Assembly: GCA_963514005.1 (NCBI GenBank)
Contig: OY740792.1
Coordinates: 15,562,001-15,626,000, forward strand
From: Raja brachyura
Taxonomy: Eukaryota
DNA: 64,000 bases
Reading direction: 5' to 3'
Below, piece after piece: positions 22,967-36,141 of this stretch (position 1 is its first letter; every line of letters starts with the position of its first letter). Position numbers and translations under genes: made by a program. The notes beneath the pieces were generated by a model. The model worked only from the letters and a program-made list of their open reading frames with translations, was not told the origin of the DNA and ran no database searches.

Positions 22967-25900
22967 CTGTTCGTAAGTAGACAGGTTTAATGAAAACACA
23001 TCTTCCAAGATGTCAACGTCATCTTTACAGCTATACAGATCAATGCAAATTGGAATTTTCAGGAATGCATCATTACACAACACATCATAAATATGAATCA
23101 AATAATCCAAATTAAAAATGTAAATAATAGTCATTGTTTAAAGAGTTTTCGGGAAACATGCTTCAAAAAGACAGTGTAGTTGTGATCATAAATGGAAATG
23201 AGCAGAAGGGCCTTGAGCAAGATGTGAATTTAGTCGCGGTGGGAATAAGTAGTAGATAAATAGGTTTGAAAATTACATTCACTTAATATTTAATATTTAA
23301 CTTGAAATATCATTAAAGTGAAAGGCAATGCAAACTTGACAACAATTAACCAAATGGCATGGCAGAATAGTTGCAACTAAAGGGCCACACAGTGGCTGAA
23401 AAGGAACAAATTAAATTAAGTAGGAAGCTAGGTTAATACTTGTAACTTGGATGCATATAAAGAGTGTAAAAGCAGTTTCTGCTGACAGACTGGTCATAAA
23501 TGGAGTGCATCGTAAAGGGTGCAAAATTGAACATTTGGTGAGTGTGAATCAAATGCAATGGAAAGCTGCAGAAAGTGAAACTGGCATAATTCATCTAAGC
23601 TTAAGCTTTTCAATACTATCCAGTGATTTAGTGTTTAATCCATGCTCTGTAACAAAAAAAATCCTTTCACTGGTAAAACAAAATATGGAAATAATAATAT
23701 CTAAGATATGCAAAGTAAGCTGTGTAGATTGCAGTAGGTAGGACTTTGTGGAGAAATAAATTATTTAGTGGAGATATGCATGTTTCAAATCTCCCTGCCT
23801 CAGCATCATTCTCAGATAAAAATGTGTGATATTCCAACACAGGAGGATTGGAGAGGATTACCTGGACTGTTTGCTCCAGACTTCATTCACACCTTGTACA
23901 GAGATGCACAATCATAACAGGCTTGGTATAGAGTATAGGAAAATGGGAAGATATTTTTGATAGAAATTTTGCAAAGATCCATCCCATTAAACAAAAGTGA
24001 ATTACTTACTACCTGTGACAGTTTGAATTGTATTCTACAAATAACAATTGACCTTCAGTCAAATGTTAATTATAAATATGGGGGAAAAGGCCGATATATG
24101 GAGTTTGATTACATATCAAATGGTAGAAGAGGGCTAGCATACAAATCGCTATGCCTGCTGATTAGATATTTGGAGTGCCGATGAAAGCTATGCATTTGAA
24201 AACCAAGGAAAAAGTGTACACAGCTAGACCTCCATTGAGACTGCACATGGCAACAAGGCAGCTAAAAGGATTTAACTAGTGTACAGAGAAGAGGAAGTTT
24301 TCAGCTCAGTTATGAACCATCGCTTCCCTTTGTCCTTCCTCACTCTCTTTACCAGCTCAACACCAGCCATTGTTGAATACCATCTCAACAAAATGTCACA
24401 TTTTGTAGAGATAAGTGACTATTAATACCTTATGGGGAAACCCAATACCTCATGGGGAAACCCAATCCAGATCCTAATAGATATACAATTTCCATGGTCA
24501 ATTTAATAATTATTAGAGTGTGATAATTAGGCAAACCTTGTAATATTATAGGCAATATAAGTTTCATTATATTGCATTAACTTAAAAAAAGGGGAAGATA
24601 ATTGTCCCATTGACCTGAATATCGAGATGCTACTCTGGACTATTATTAAACGGTATTTTGTTCATGAATATATTAAATATCTGTAGTTAGTAATCCACCC
24701 AGAATTAAATCAATCATAATAGCTAAAGTGGCAATAAAGCTATTTTGACTTTTAATCAGCAGCCGTGTTCAGCTATAAAGAAACCCCAAAGTTTTGAGGT
24801 GACCCACTGACAAAATGTGTTATATCGCAGTAAACACATTTACTGTTAGGCTTTATTTTGGGGAAAAGTAAAACTGTAAAATCTAATTAAAATGTTAAAC
24901 CATGCAAATACAAGTTATTTAATACAGTCATTGTTTTTAAATTTTAAATCTCATGCATGAGCGCCAAATGTACGTTGAATCGTGAATATAAAGCATCAGA
25001 TTCATAAAGAACTGAGATTAAGAAAATTATAGTTAAAATATAGAATTCAATTAGTTTAGTAGGTTATTTAATTAAATATTTAACTGTTTTCATACTGCTG
25101 TCTTCAATTATTGTTTTAAGCAAACCGTAGAATTCATAGTTCATTACAACTAATCAGAAACATCTTTGAAACGTAAAAACGTTTTCTTTCTTTAACGACA
25201 TACTGGAACACATGCAGAAACTGTCTAAACAGCTTATAGAGTAACGCTTCAAGTAAACCAATGATGTGGAATACCAGGAGACTCATCCCAAAAACCTGGA
25301 TGGTTTTTACTTACTTCCGTTTCCTTCTTACCCTGTTTTTCGAGGAACCTCAGAAAAGAAAGAGGCAACCATGCAGAGAATGATACAAACCCCAGCCAAT
25401 GTCGCCCAGGGTTCCGTCCTGCTTTTGCACCTGCTTTGCAATGATAGAATTTTTTTATCATCAACATCTGTTTCAGTATCTCCAATATGTATTCAGTTCA
25501 CAAATCCAATTTCACTACGTTATTAACTGCACACAATTTACATAGAAAAGAGACATAAAACAAATAATTTATTACAAAGTATTTTCTTTCCATATGTTCT
25601 ACTATAAAGGTCTGGAATGCATTAACTCCGTATATAATTACTAATACACTAAGTGACACAAAATCTTGTTCATGCTTCTTTCTCAATCAAATTTGTGCAT
25701 TGAAAACAAGAAGGTTTTGTAGTAAAATGAAAGACCCTGTTGTTCAAAACTAATGTCTTTGGGGAAAGATCACTTAACAATAATATCCTCTGAGAAAGTC
25801 GTACTTAGTATTCAGTAACTTGCGAATTTTTGAAATATACAAATAATATTAATCATATTGCATTCTGAAGATTTAGGCGGACACAAAAGGGCATTCATTT

Positions 25901-27934
25901 TTTTTTTAAATCAAAGGACAAGGGGAGCTGGACAATTTTAATTTAGGCTTTAAAATTTATGTTTGATCGATAAAGAAAAGCTTACAAGAAATGTATGTAA
26001 GAATAGCAGATATGCTTGTTGAGTTTGCTTTATCAGCTTGGTTTGTGGAGCTAGATAGGGCAAAAAGTATCCCAGTGCATTCTACTGGGCTGGAGGGAAA
26101 GGGGGATGTGCTTTTAAAGAAAAACCCTAAATTTCAAGGAGACTGTCTGATTGTTTGAATCAGTAAAGTAAGCAGCCAGGAAGATTCTTGCCATTTTATC
26201 CAACCCTTACCACTACTGTAGATTGAACTTGGAAAGAATGTAAAATATAGATTTAAAAACTGGAAAATGATGCAAGTTGGATAAGTAGAGCAGCAGGCAA
26301 GACGCAAATTGCCATATATTGTAGGAGTTATGCCACGATGAGGTAGGACTGTAGTTGTAGAATACTACCTCAGCAATAGAATGGTATGGACCACTTATTG
26401 CACTATTATGGACTTGTTTTCTAATAGCAATTTGCACTAATCTGTTTTATGCACACTTGATGTCTTTTTACTGTCTTGCATAATTTATCTTGTGTGGTGG
26501 CTGAGGCTATGTGCCTGTGATGCTGCTGCAAGCAGGATTTTCATTGCATCTGTTTCTCACCATACTTGTGCATATGAAAATAAACTCGACTTGTAATTCA
26601 GAGCAGAGTTTGTTAAGAGCAGAAGGGAAATAAAATACTTAATTTCCAATGAACACCAAATGTATGAAAGATTTATGTCAAATCAAATTGTATGACTTTG
26701 GAAGACAAAAGCTTTTGATGGTATACATAATATAAAATATATATGAAACAATTGTTTTTGTACTAATTTTAATTTGGGCTCCAGTTAAATTCTCTTTGCA
26801 AAACTGCATATTTTATTTGTGAACTGGATACACCACTGAACATGAACTGAAACAGACATTAGTTTTTTTTTGTTCCTCAAATAGATTGACTATAGAAATG
26901 AAGCACCAACCATGTAACATTCAACAGTTTGTAAAAAGAAATATAAAAACACAAAGCATTACTTTTCCTTTTATTATTTCTTTCTTGTTTAAACTGAAAG
27001 CAGCTTGCATTGCCAGTTGAAAATATTGTGACAACTGCTACATTTTATGTAAATATATAGCACTTGGTTAGGCTAAAGACAGCTTTAAAACATTACAATT
27101 TTATGAAAGGCCCATTAAACATGATTTTAAAAAACAGTTTTTGCAATGTCTATGCAGTTACACTGAATATCTATATGGTTCTTATTAATATCAGTTTGAA
27201 GCACTGAGTGATATAAAAATCAAGGAAAATGCTGTTTCATATTTTTCCCTTCTGAGGATTCTTATCCAAACCCTTAGCGGCGTTGAGTATTGAAATAAAA
27301 CATTTTGTCTAGGACTCATTTATTATGTATGCTACCTTCCATTGTTTTCACCCATTTCTGTCAAATCCTGAATCAGAGCATTTGACTTACATGATATCCT
27401 AGAATATATGTAAGAATTAAATGCAATGGTGTGGCACCAAGTGCTCTAGCCCAGTCCAAGAGCTCTTACATTGATTAGACTATGAGTGTAGATAGATGCT
27501 TTCCACTCCTCGCACATTCTAGAAATCATCTATTTTCTCTTCTATCCTTACCTTAACTTTATGCAAGAGCAAATGAAATCAATAAAAAGATAAACACATC
27601 TACAGAGAGTATCACCAGCGCTATCTGATGGTCACACTCAATGTCGGATGTACATATATGATGGCACCACATAATGCAGAAAGTCAATCAACATAAAACA
27701 AGCAGGAAGATCTCTTCTTTTTCAAGTACTTAAAATTTGATTGAGATTATCAGCCAATTAGAAAACAGCAATCAAGTCAGAGAAATATGCTTGTTTTTGC
27801 AGAGAAAGATGAAACGGACTCTGTTGATAAGACATCCTTCTGGACTTCATCCTTACTGACCCATAACACATTCTTAACTTGTCTCATGCTTTTAAAGATG
27901 ATAACAGAAATTAGTCCACAAATATGTCCATTAC

Positions 27935-28051
27935 CTTCCTGATCCAGGCTTGAGGACCACTATGTGTTAATTCCTCATAGGTCAAGACTTGAGCTCCAGT
28001 ACTACCTGTGAACTGACCGGGCAGAGAGTTTGCCTGAGCCCACACATCAAT
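27935..28051 (-). CDS. SON: SON exon 8 (117 nt)
   Basis: catcag|ATT...AAG|gtaatg. IDVWAQANSLPGQFTGSTGAQVLTYEELTHSGPQAWIRK. Absent from the supplied ORF track. Confidence 0.96.
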
Positions 28052-28083
28052 CTGATGGAAAGAGAATATATTGGAACCATATT

Positions 28084-28330
28084 AGCTGTTATCAGGCAAC
28101 TGAACCATCCTACCAACAACTAGAGAGCAGTCCTGAGCTACTATCTACCTCATTGGAGACCCTCAGACTATATTTAATCAGACTTTACTGAACTTTATCT
28201 TGCACTAAATGTTATTCCCTTTATCATAATGACTCGATTGTAATTATGTATTGTTTTTCCGCTAACTGGTTAGCACGCAACAAAAGCTTTGCATTGTACC
28301 TTTCTACTAAGCTAAACAAAAACAAACTAA
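28084..28330 (+). mobile_element. LINE 3' tail fragment (Rex1/Babar-like), about 33 nt from the SON exon 8 acceptor
   Basis: agctgttatcaggcaactgaacc...cacgcaacaaaagctt...actaa-type tail. Family assigned from memory. Confidence 0.5.
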
Positions 28331-29384
28331 AAACACTTTACAGAACTAAACCATTCAAACTATTGAATATTTGATGTAAATCCAATTAAATAAAAATAAC
28401 TTGAAGAAGGGAGACAAGGTGATTGCACAGAGTCAACTAGCAAGCATCGGTTTCAGAGGGGAAAGGTTTAATAGAAGCCTTTGGAGGAACTTTGTCACGC
28501 AGAGGGTAATGTGTATATGGAACAAACTGCCAGAGGATACGAGAGAGGCAGGTAAAATAACAACATGTAAAAGCCATTTGGATAGATACATGGAGAGGAG
28601 GTTTTATAAGGACATGGGCCAAATGCAGACACATGGGATTAGCAAGATGGGGCATCTTGAAAGGCATGGACGAGTTGGGCTGATGGGCCTGTTTCTGAAC
28701 TATAAAACTCTTTGAGTATGGATATATCCCAAATTTGTCAATCTTTCGTCCAACTGATCTGCAGGTTAACAATGATACATTAATCCGTACTGAGAAAGCC
28801 TGATCAATCATCAATAATGTCCTTGCAACAACAAGCATGAGTTTCAGCTCTTCCTTTAAAGATCTACCAGTCATCAAATAATAAGTAGAGGTTCCACTAT
28901 AGAAGCAATCAATTTGATTTGACATGTCTATGCTACAGTTCTCTTCCACCTCTCCTAATTCTCTTTCTTAATTGGAGATTCCAATCTAATTTTTAATAGA
29001 TTCCACCCCATTCTTCCCCCCCCCCCCCCCGCCCCCCCCAAAACAAAGGTGCAAAGGGACTTGGGAGTATTGGTGCAGGACTCTCAAAGGGCCAATTTTC
29101 AATTTTGAATCAGTAGTAAGGAAGGCAAATGCAATGATAGCATTTATTTCGAGAGGACAAGAACATAAAAACAGGGATGCAATGCTGAGGCTTTATAAGG
29201 TACTGGTCAGATCGCATTTGGAGTATTGTGAGCAGTTTTGGGCCCCATATCCGAGGAAGGATGTGCTGGCGTTGGAGAGGGTCCAGAGGAGGTTTACGAG
29301 AATGATCCCAAGGATGACTGGGTTAACATATGATCACCGTTTGACGGCACTGGGCCTGTATTCACTGGAGTTTAGCAGGATGAG

Positions 29385-32300
29385 AGGCCCAGGAGCTGTT
29401 GGAGCAAGAGGAGGAGTCTCCGGGCGTTGAGTTATAAAATCGAGCACGGGGCTTTGCTTCACAGAGGCCCAGGAGCCGTTGGAGCAAGAGGAGGAGTCTC
29501 CAAATCTGTAACGTTCCACACTTCAAAAGAAGTGTTCTGGTGGAAGCCGCTGATTAGTGGAAACGGACTGGAGGAAGCAGCTGATTGGGTGCAACCCCTG
29601 GTTTGCATTTCTGCTTTCTCGTTAAGGGTACAGTGAGTTAATGGTACAGCGAGTTAAAGGTACAGTGAGCTAAGGGTTCAGTGAGTAAAGGGTTCAGTGA
29701 GTAAAGGGTACAGTGAGCTAAGGGTACAGTGAGCTAAGGGTACAGTGAGCTAAGGGTACAGTGAGCTAAGGGTACATTGAGCTAAGGGTACAGTGAGCTA
29801 AGGGTACAGTGAGCTAAGGGTACAGTGCTTTTTAGTAAAGGTTAGTTTAAAGGATTAAGATTTTTATAGTGTGAGTGAGTTGATTTAATTTGGGGGCAAG
29901 CCATGTCATTTGAGATCGGCCCCATGGTTTGCTCATCCTGCAACATGTGGGTGATCAGGGATATTGTCGGTGTCCCTGGTAACCACGTTTGCAGGAAGCG
30001 TGTCCAGCTGCAGCTCCTGGTAGACCGCATTGAACGATTGGAGCTACGTACAGTGAGTTGGTCACACCGCAGGTAAAAGTTAAGTGGACAGAAAGGGAAC
30101 AGGTGACCATTAGCCAGCATAGCAGTAGGCAGGTAGTGCAGGAGTCCCCTGCGGTCATCTCCCTCCTAAACAGATATACCATTTTGGATACTGTTGGGGG
30201 ACATGGCTCATCAGGGGAAGGCAGCAGCAGCCAAGTTCATGGCACCATGGGTGGCTCTGCGGCACAGGAGGGGAGAAAAAAGAGCTGATGGGCTATAGTA
30301 ATAGGGGATTCAATTGGAATGGGAATAGATAGGCATTTCTGCAGCCGCAAACGAGACTCCAGAACGGTATGTTGCCTCCCTGGTGCAAGGGTCAGGGATG
30401 TCACTGAACGGCTGCAGAACATTCTGGAGGGGGAGGGTGAACAGCCAGCTGTCGTGGTGCATATTGGCACCAACAATATAGGTAAAAAACGGGATGAGGT
30501 CCTACAAGGCAAATTTAGGGAGCTTGGAGATAAACTTAAAAGTAGGACCTCAAAGGTAATAATCTCTGGATTACTACCAGTGCCACGTGCTAGTCAAAGT
30601 AGAAATAGGAGGATATTGCAGATGAATACGTGGCTTGAAAAATGGTGCAAGGGGAAGGGGGTCAAATTTCTCGGGCATTGGACCCAGTTCTGGGGGAGGT
30701 GGGACCAGTAGAAACAGGACAGTCTGCACCTGGGCCGGAATGGAACCAATGTCCTTGGGGGAGTGTTTGCTAGTGCTGTCAGGGAGGATTTAAACTAATG
30801 TGGCAGGGGGATGGGAGCATGAGCAGAGAGACAGAGGGGTGTAAAATGAGGGTAGAAACAATAGGTAGCAAGGTGAAAAGTAGAAGTGGCAGGCAAAAAA
30901 ACCCAGGGCAAAAATCAAAAAGGGCCACTTTTCAACATAATTGTATAAGGGGTAGGAGTGTTGTAAAAACAAGCCAGAAGGCTTTGTGTCTCAATGCAAG
31001 GAGCATTCATAATAAGGTGGATGAGTTGAATGTGCAGATAGTTATTAATGAATATGATATAGTTGGGATCACGGAGACATGGCTCCAGGGTGACCAAGGC
31101 TGGGAGCTGAACATCCAGGGATATTCAATATTCAGGAGGGATAGACAGAAAGGAAAAGGAGGTGGAGTAGCGCTGCTTGTTAGAGAGGAGACTAACGCAA
31201 TAGAAAGGAAGGACATTAGCTTGGAGGACGTGGAATCGATATGGGTAGAGTTGCAAAACACTAAGGGGCAGAAAACGCTAGTGGGAGTTGTGTACAGGCC
31301 ACCTAACAGTAGTAATGGAGTTAGGGATGGCAACAAACAGGAAATTAGAAATGCGTGCAACAAAGGTAAAACAGTTATAATGGGTGACTTCAATCCACAT
31401 ATAGTTTGGATGAATCAAATTGGCAGGGATGCTGAGGAAGAGGATTTCTTGGAATGTATGCGGGATAGTTGTCTAAACCAACATGTAGAGGAACCAACGA
31501 GAGAGCAGGCTATTCTAGACTGGGTATTGATTAATGAGGAAGGGTTAGTTAACAGTCTTCTTGTGCGTGGCCCCTTGGGCAAGAGTGACCATAATATGGT
31601 TGAGTTCTTCATTAGGATGGAGAGTGACATTGTTAATTCAGAAACAAGGGTTCTGAACTTAAAGAAAGGTAACTTTGAGGGTATGAGACGTGAATTGGCC
31701 AAGATAGACTGGCAAGTGATTCTTAAAGGGTTGACAGTGGATATGCAATGGAAGGCATTTAAAGACTGCATGGATGAACTACAACAATTGTTCATTCCAG
31801 TTTGGCAAAAGAATAAATCAGGGAAGGCAGTGCATCCGTGGATAACAAGGGAAATCAGGGATAGTATCAAAACAAAAGATGAAGCATACAAATTAGCCAG
31901 AAAAAGCAGCCTACCAGAGGACTGGGAGAAATTTAGAGTCCAGCAGAGGAGGACAAAGGGCTTAATTAGGAAAGGGAAAATAGATTATGAATGAAAACTG
32001 GCAGGGAACATAAAAACTGACTGCAAATTGTTTTATAGATATGTGAAGAGAAAAAAGGTTAGTTAAAACAAATGTAGGCCCCTTACAGTCAGAAACTGGT
32101 GAATTGATCATGGGGAACAAGGACATCGCAGACCAATTGAATAACTACTTTGGTTCTGTCTTCACTAAGGAAGACATAAATAATCTGCCGGAAATAACAG
32201 GGGACCGGGGGTCAAATGAGATGGAGCAACTGAGTGAAATCCAGGTTAGCCGGGAAGTGCTGTTAGGTAAATTGAATGGATTAAAGGCCGATAAATCCTC

Positions 32301-33862
32301 TGGGCCAGATAGGCTGCATCCCAGAGTACTTAAGGAAGTAGCCCCAGAAATAGTGGATGCATTAGTGATAATTTTTCAAAACTCTTTAGATTCTGGAGTA
32401 GTTCCTGAGGATTGGAGGGTAGCTAATGTAACCCCACTTTTTAAAAAGGGAGGGAGAGAAAAAACAGGGAATTACAGAGCAGTTAATCTAACATCGGTAG
32501 TGGAGGAAATGCTAGAGTCAGTTATTAAAGGTGGGATAGCAGCACATTTAGAAAGTGGTGAAATCATTGGACAAAGTCAGCATGGATTTATGAAAGGTAA
32601 ATAATGTCTGATGAATCTTGTAGAATTTATTGACGATGTAACTAGTAGAGTGGGTAAGGGAGAACCTGTGGATGTGTTATATCTGGACTTTCAGAAGGCT
32701 TTCGACAAGTTCCCACATAAGAGATTAGTATACAAACTTAAAGCACACGGTATTGGGGGTTCAGTATTGATGTGGATAGAGAACTGGCTGGCAGACAGAA
32801 AGCAAAGAGTAGGAGTAAACGGGTCATTTTCCGAATGGCAGGCAATGACTAGTAGGGTACCGCAAAGCTCAGTGCTGGGACCACAATATATATTAATGAT
32901 CTGGATGAGGGAATTGAATGCAACATCTCCAAGTTTGCGGATGACATGAAACTGGGGGGCAGTGTTAGCTGTGAGGAGGATGCTAGGAGGCTGCAAGGTG
33001 ACTTGGATAGGTTGGGTGAGTGGGCAAATGCATGGCAAATGCAGTATAATGTGGATAAATGTGAGGTTATCCACTTTGGTGGCAAAAACAGGAAAGTAGA
33101 CTATTATCTGAATGGTGGCCGATTAGGAAAAGGGGAGATGCAACGAGACCTGGGTGTCATGGTACACCAGTCGTTGAAAGCAGGCATGCAGGTGCAGCAG
33201 GCAGTGAAGAAAGCGAATGGTATGTTGGCATTCATAGCAAAAGGATTTGAGTACAAGAGCGGGGAGGTTCTACTGCAGTTGTACAGGATCTTGGTGAGGC
33301 CACACCTGGAGTATTGCGTACAATTTTGGTCTCCTAATCTGAGGAAAGACATTCTTGCCACAGAGGGAGTACAGAGAAGGTTCACCAGACTGATTCCTGG
33401 GATGGCAGGACTTCCATATGAAGAAAGACTGGATAGACTCAGCTTGTACTCGCTGGAATTTAGAAGATTAATGGGGGATCTTATAGAGACTTACAAAATT
33501 CTTAAGGGGTTGGACAGGTTAGATGCAGGAAGATTGTTCCTGATGTTGGGGATGTCCAGAACAAGGGGTCACAGTTTAAGGATAAGGGGAAGTCTTTTAG
33601 GACCGAGATGAGAAAATCATTTTTCACACAGAGAGTGGTGAATCTGTGGAATTCTCTGCCAGAGAAGGTAGTTGTGGCCAGTTCATTGGCTATATTTAAG
33701 AGGGAGTTAGATGTGGCCTTGTGGCTAAAGGGTTCAGGAGGTATGGAGAGAAGGCAGGTACAGGATACTGAGTTGGATGATCAGCCATGATCATATTGAA
33801 TGGCGGTGCAGGCTCGAAGGACTAAATGGCCTACTTCAGCACCTATTTTCTATGTTTCTATG
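29385..33862 (+). mobile_element. Near-full-length defective CR1 LINE (~4.5 kb), antisense in SON intron 7
   Basis: 5' UTR with repeats. ORF1 29903-30798 (CSSC...CRK zinc finger/leucine zipper, SGNH esterase IGDS/LPGA/GTNN/DSLH). ORF2 from 30798 (APE: NARS, GITETW, YRPP, MGDFN, SDH; RT: QHGF, YLDFQKAFD, FADD). Several stops and frameshifts. (TTTCTATG)2 tail. Confidence 0.96.
29623..29827 (+). repeat. 16-bp minisatellite (TAAGGGTACAGTGAGC) x ~13 in the CR1 5' UTR
   Basis: Direct tandem repeats with few substitutions and no spacers. Confidence 0.97.
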
Positions 33863-35061
33863 AGGGGGAATCTCATTGAAACTTACCAAATAGTGAAAGT
33901 CCTGAATAGAGTGGTTCTGGAGAGGATGTTTCCACTAGTATGAAAATCTAGAATCAGAGGGCAGAGCTCAGAATAAAAGGATGTACCTTTAGAAAGGAGA
34001 TAAGGAGTAATTTATTTCATCAGAGGGTGGTAAATCTGTGGAATTCATTGCCACAGACGGCTGTGGAGGCCATGTCATTAGGTATTTTTAAAGCGGAGAT
34101 GGACTGATACTCGATTGGTAAGGTTGTCATCGGTTATGGGGAGTAGGCAGGAGAATGGGGTTGTGAGGGAAAGATAGATCAGCCATGAATAGCAGACTTG
34201 ATGGGCCAATGGCCTACTTCTGCTCCTGTGACTCATGAACTTATGAACCCCCAACTCCTTCTGATCCTCCCACCATGCTCTGATTTTCTATTCCCTTTCA
34301 AATGCCCACCTCCTGCACTCCATCACCCACTTTTACCCCCTCCTCTTTCTGTCTCCATCCACCTACTTCACATACATTTCACACAGAGGTTCTCCCCCTC
34401 AATCTGGTGCTAATTCTAGTTCCATCGGCCATTCACCTCTTCCCAAATGACTCCCATTTTCAGCTTCCTAACTTAAGATTCCAGCATTGGCAGTCTTTGT
34501 GTTCATGCTTATTACCTTTCAACAGCTGTTCCCACCTGCACAAACCACCCCCTACCTAACTTCATCTGCCTTCTTCTATTTTTCCCCTTTTCTTCCATTT
34601 TTCTCCTGTATGCCTCCATCTGTCATTTTCCTTCCTCTACTTCCCAGTTCAATCCCTCCCCCTCTCTTACTTGGCTCCATATGTCCTTCATCCTCCATCA
34701 ATCACCTCTTGTTTCTGTCCCAACACCACCCCTACTCCCCACCTCCTCGTCATACTGGCTATCTCCCCTCTCCGCCTTGATGGAGGGCCTTGACCCAAAA
34801 CATCAACCATTCATTTCCATCCATAGATGCTGTACGACCCGCCGAGATCCTCCAGCAGATTGTTCGTTGCTCCACATTCCAGCATCTGCATTCTTTTATG
34901 TCTCTATTTAATAACTAATAACTAAATAGTTTAAAAGTTAAGTCAATCCTAAAATGCAAAAAATGATAAATTCCACATAAAAAGGTGCTTGTTAATAATT
35001 AATTTCCATCTCATTGATGAGGCATCTTGGTTGGCATGGACGAGCTGGGCAGAAGGGCCTG

Positions 35062-36141
35062 TTTTCGTGCTAATGGCTCTATGATACTAAATGGGGATAC
35101 AATCATCCATTTTAACATACAACTATTTATTTGTGCCCTTACTATTTTCAGATTTGTACATAAAGTTGTGCTGCAATCTCACCAATGCTGATTGATGAAA
35201 GCTACCTTACAATTACCAGATGTTGCACAATGAATCAAGTCTGAAGGAGGTCATAAGGTCGTAAAAGATAGGAGTAGAGTTAGCCCATTCGGCCCATCAA
35301 GTCTACTCTGCCATTTAATCATGGCTGATATATCTCTCCCTCCTAACCCCATTCTCCAGTCTTCTCCCCAGTAACCTCTGACACCTGTACTAATCAAGAA
35401 TCTATTTATCTCTGCCTTAAAAATATCCACTGACTTGACCTCCACAGCCTTCTGTGGCAAAGAATGCCACAGATTCACCACCCTCTGACTAAAGAGATTT
35501 TTCCTCATCTCCTTGCTAAATGAATGTCCTTTAATTCTGAGGCTATGACCTCTAGTCCTAGACTCTCCCACTTGTGGAAACATCCTCTCCACATCCACTC
35601 TATCCAAGCCTATCACTATTCTGTATGTTTCAATTAGGTCCCCCATTCTTCTAAACTCCAGTGAGGACAGGCCCAGTGCCGACAAACCCTCATCAGGAAT
35701 GAGTAGGTTAACCTATGATTAGTTCACAAAAAATACAAATGCAACTGATGCCCATTTCGATGGTCATTCTGCCCCTGAGAAGCTGCATACCTGCCCCCTG
35801 CTTTGCTTGATTAGTACGGGTGTCAGGGGAAATGGGGTGAAGGCAGGAGAATTGGATTAGGAGGGAGAGATAGATCAGCCATGATTAAATGGCAGAGTAA
35901 ACTTGATGGGCCGAATGGCCTAATTCTACTCCTATCTTTTACGACCTTATGACCTCCTTCAGACTTGATTCATTGTGCAACATCTGGTAATTGTAAGGTA
36001 GCTTTCATCAATCAGCAAAGGTGAGATTGCAGCACAACTTTATGTACGCATCTGAAAATAATAAAGGCACAAATAAATAGTTGTATGTTAAAATGGATGA
36101 TTGTATCCCCACTTAGTATCATAGAGCCATTAGCACGAAAA
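35062..36141. repeat. Inverted duplication: arms 35062-35398 and 35806-36141, spacer 407 bp
   Basis: ttttcgtgctaatggctctatgatactaa...tactaatcaag versus cttgattagtacg...ttagtatcatagagccattagcacgaaaa; roughly 90% or more identical by eye. Confidence 0.96.
35251..35720 (-). mobile_element. CR1 LINE 3' fragment
   Basis: LGLSSLEFRRMGDLIETYRIV...FSQRVVNLWHSLPQKAVE. Confidence 0.9.

Larger units (their letters stand above)
29048..34246 (+). mobile_element. Older CR1 3' fragment (29048-29384 and 33863-34246) split by the younger CR1 insertion
   Basis: ...LGLYSLEFSRM at 29384 resumes as RGNLIETYQIV at about 33863 and ends in a CR1 tail (gatgggccaatggcct...ttatgaa). Confidence 0.9.

Noticed and set aside
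24432-24466. Tandem duplication atggggaaacccaat x2 (a similar 33-bp duplication lies near 54998-55060)
   Set aside because: Ordinary slippage duplications with no sign of function.
25249-25526. Short ORFs and donor-like sites in SON intron 8
   Set aside because: Exons 8 and 9 already join in frame; there is no good acceptor and no homology.
29623-29827. Tandem repeat array as a CRISPR array
   Set aside because: Contiguous 16-bp units with no unique spacers, inside a LINE 5' UTR in a eukaryotic genome, and no cas genes.
30798-33790. Long ORFs as a functional host gene or active retrotransposon
   Set aside because: They are pieces of CR1 ORF2 broken by stops (31994, 32604) and frameshifts; ORF1 is also disrupted.
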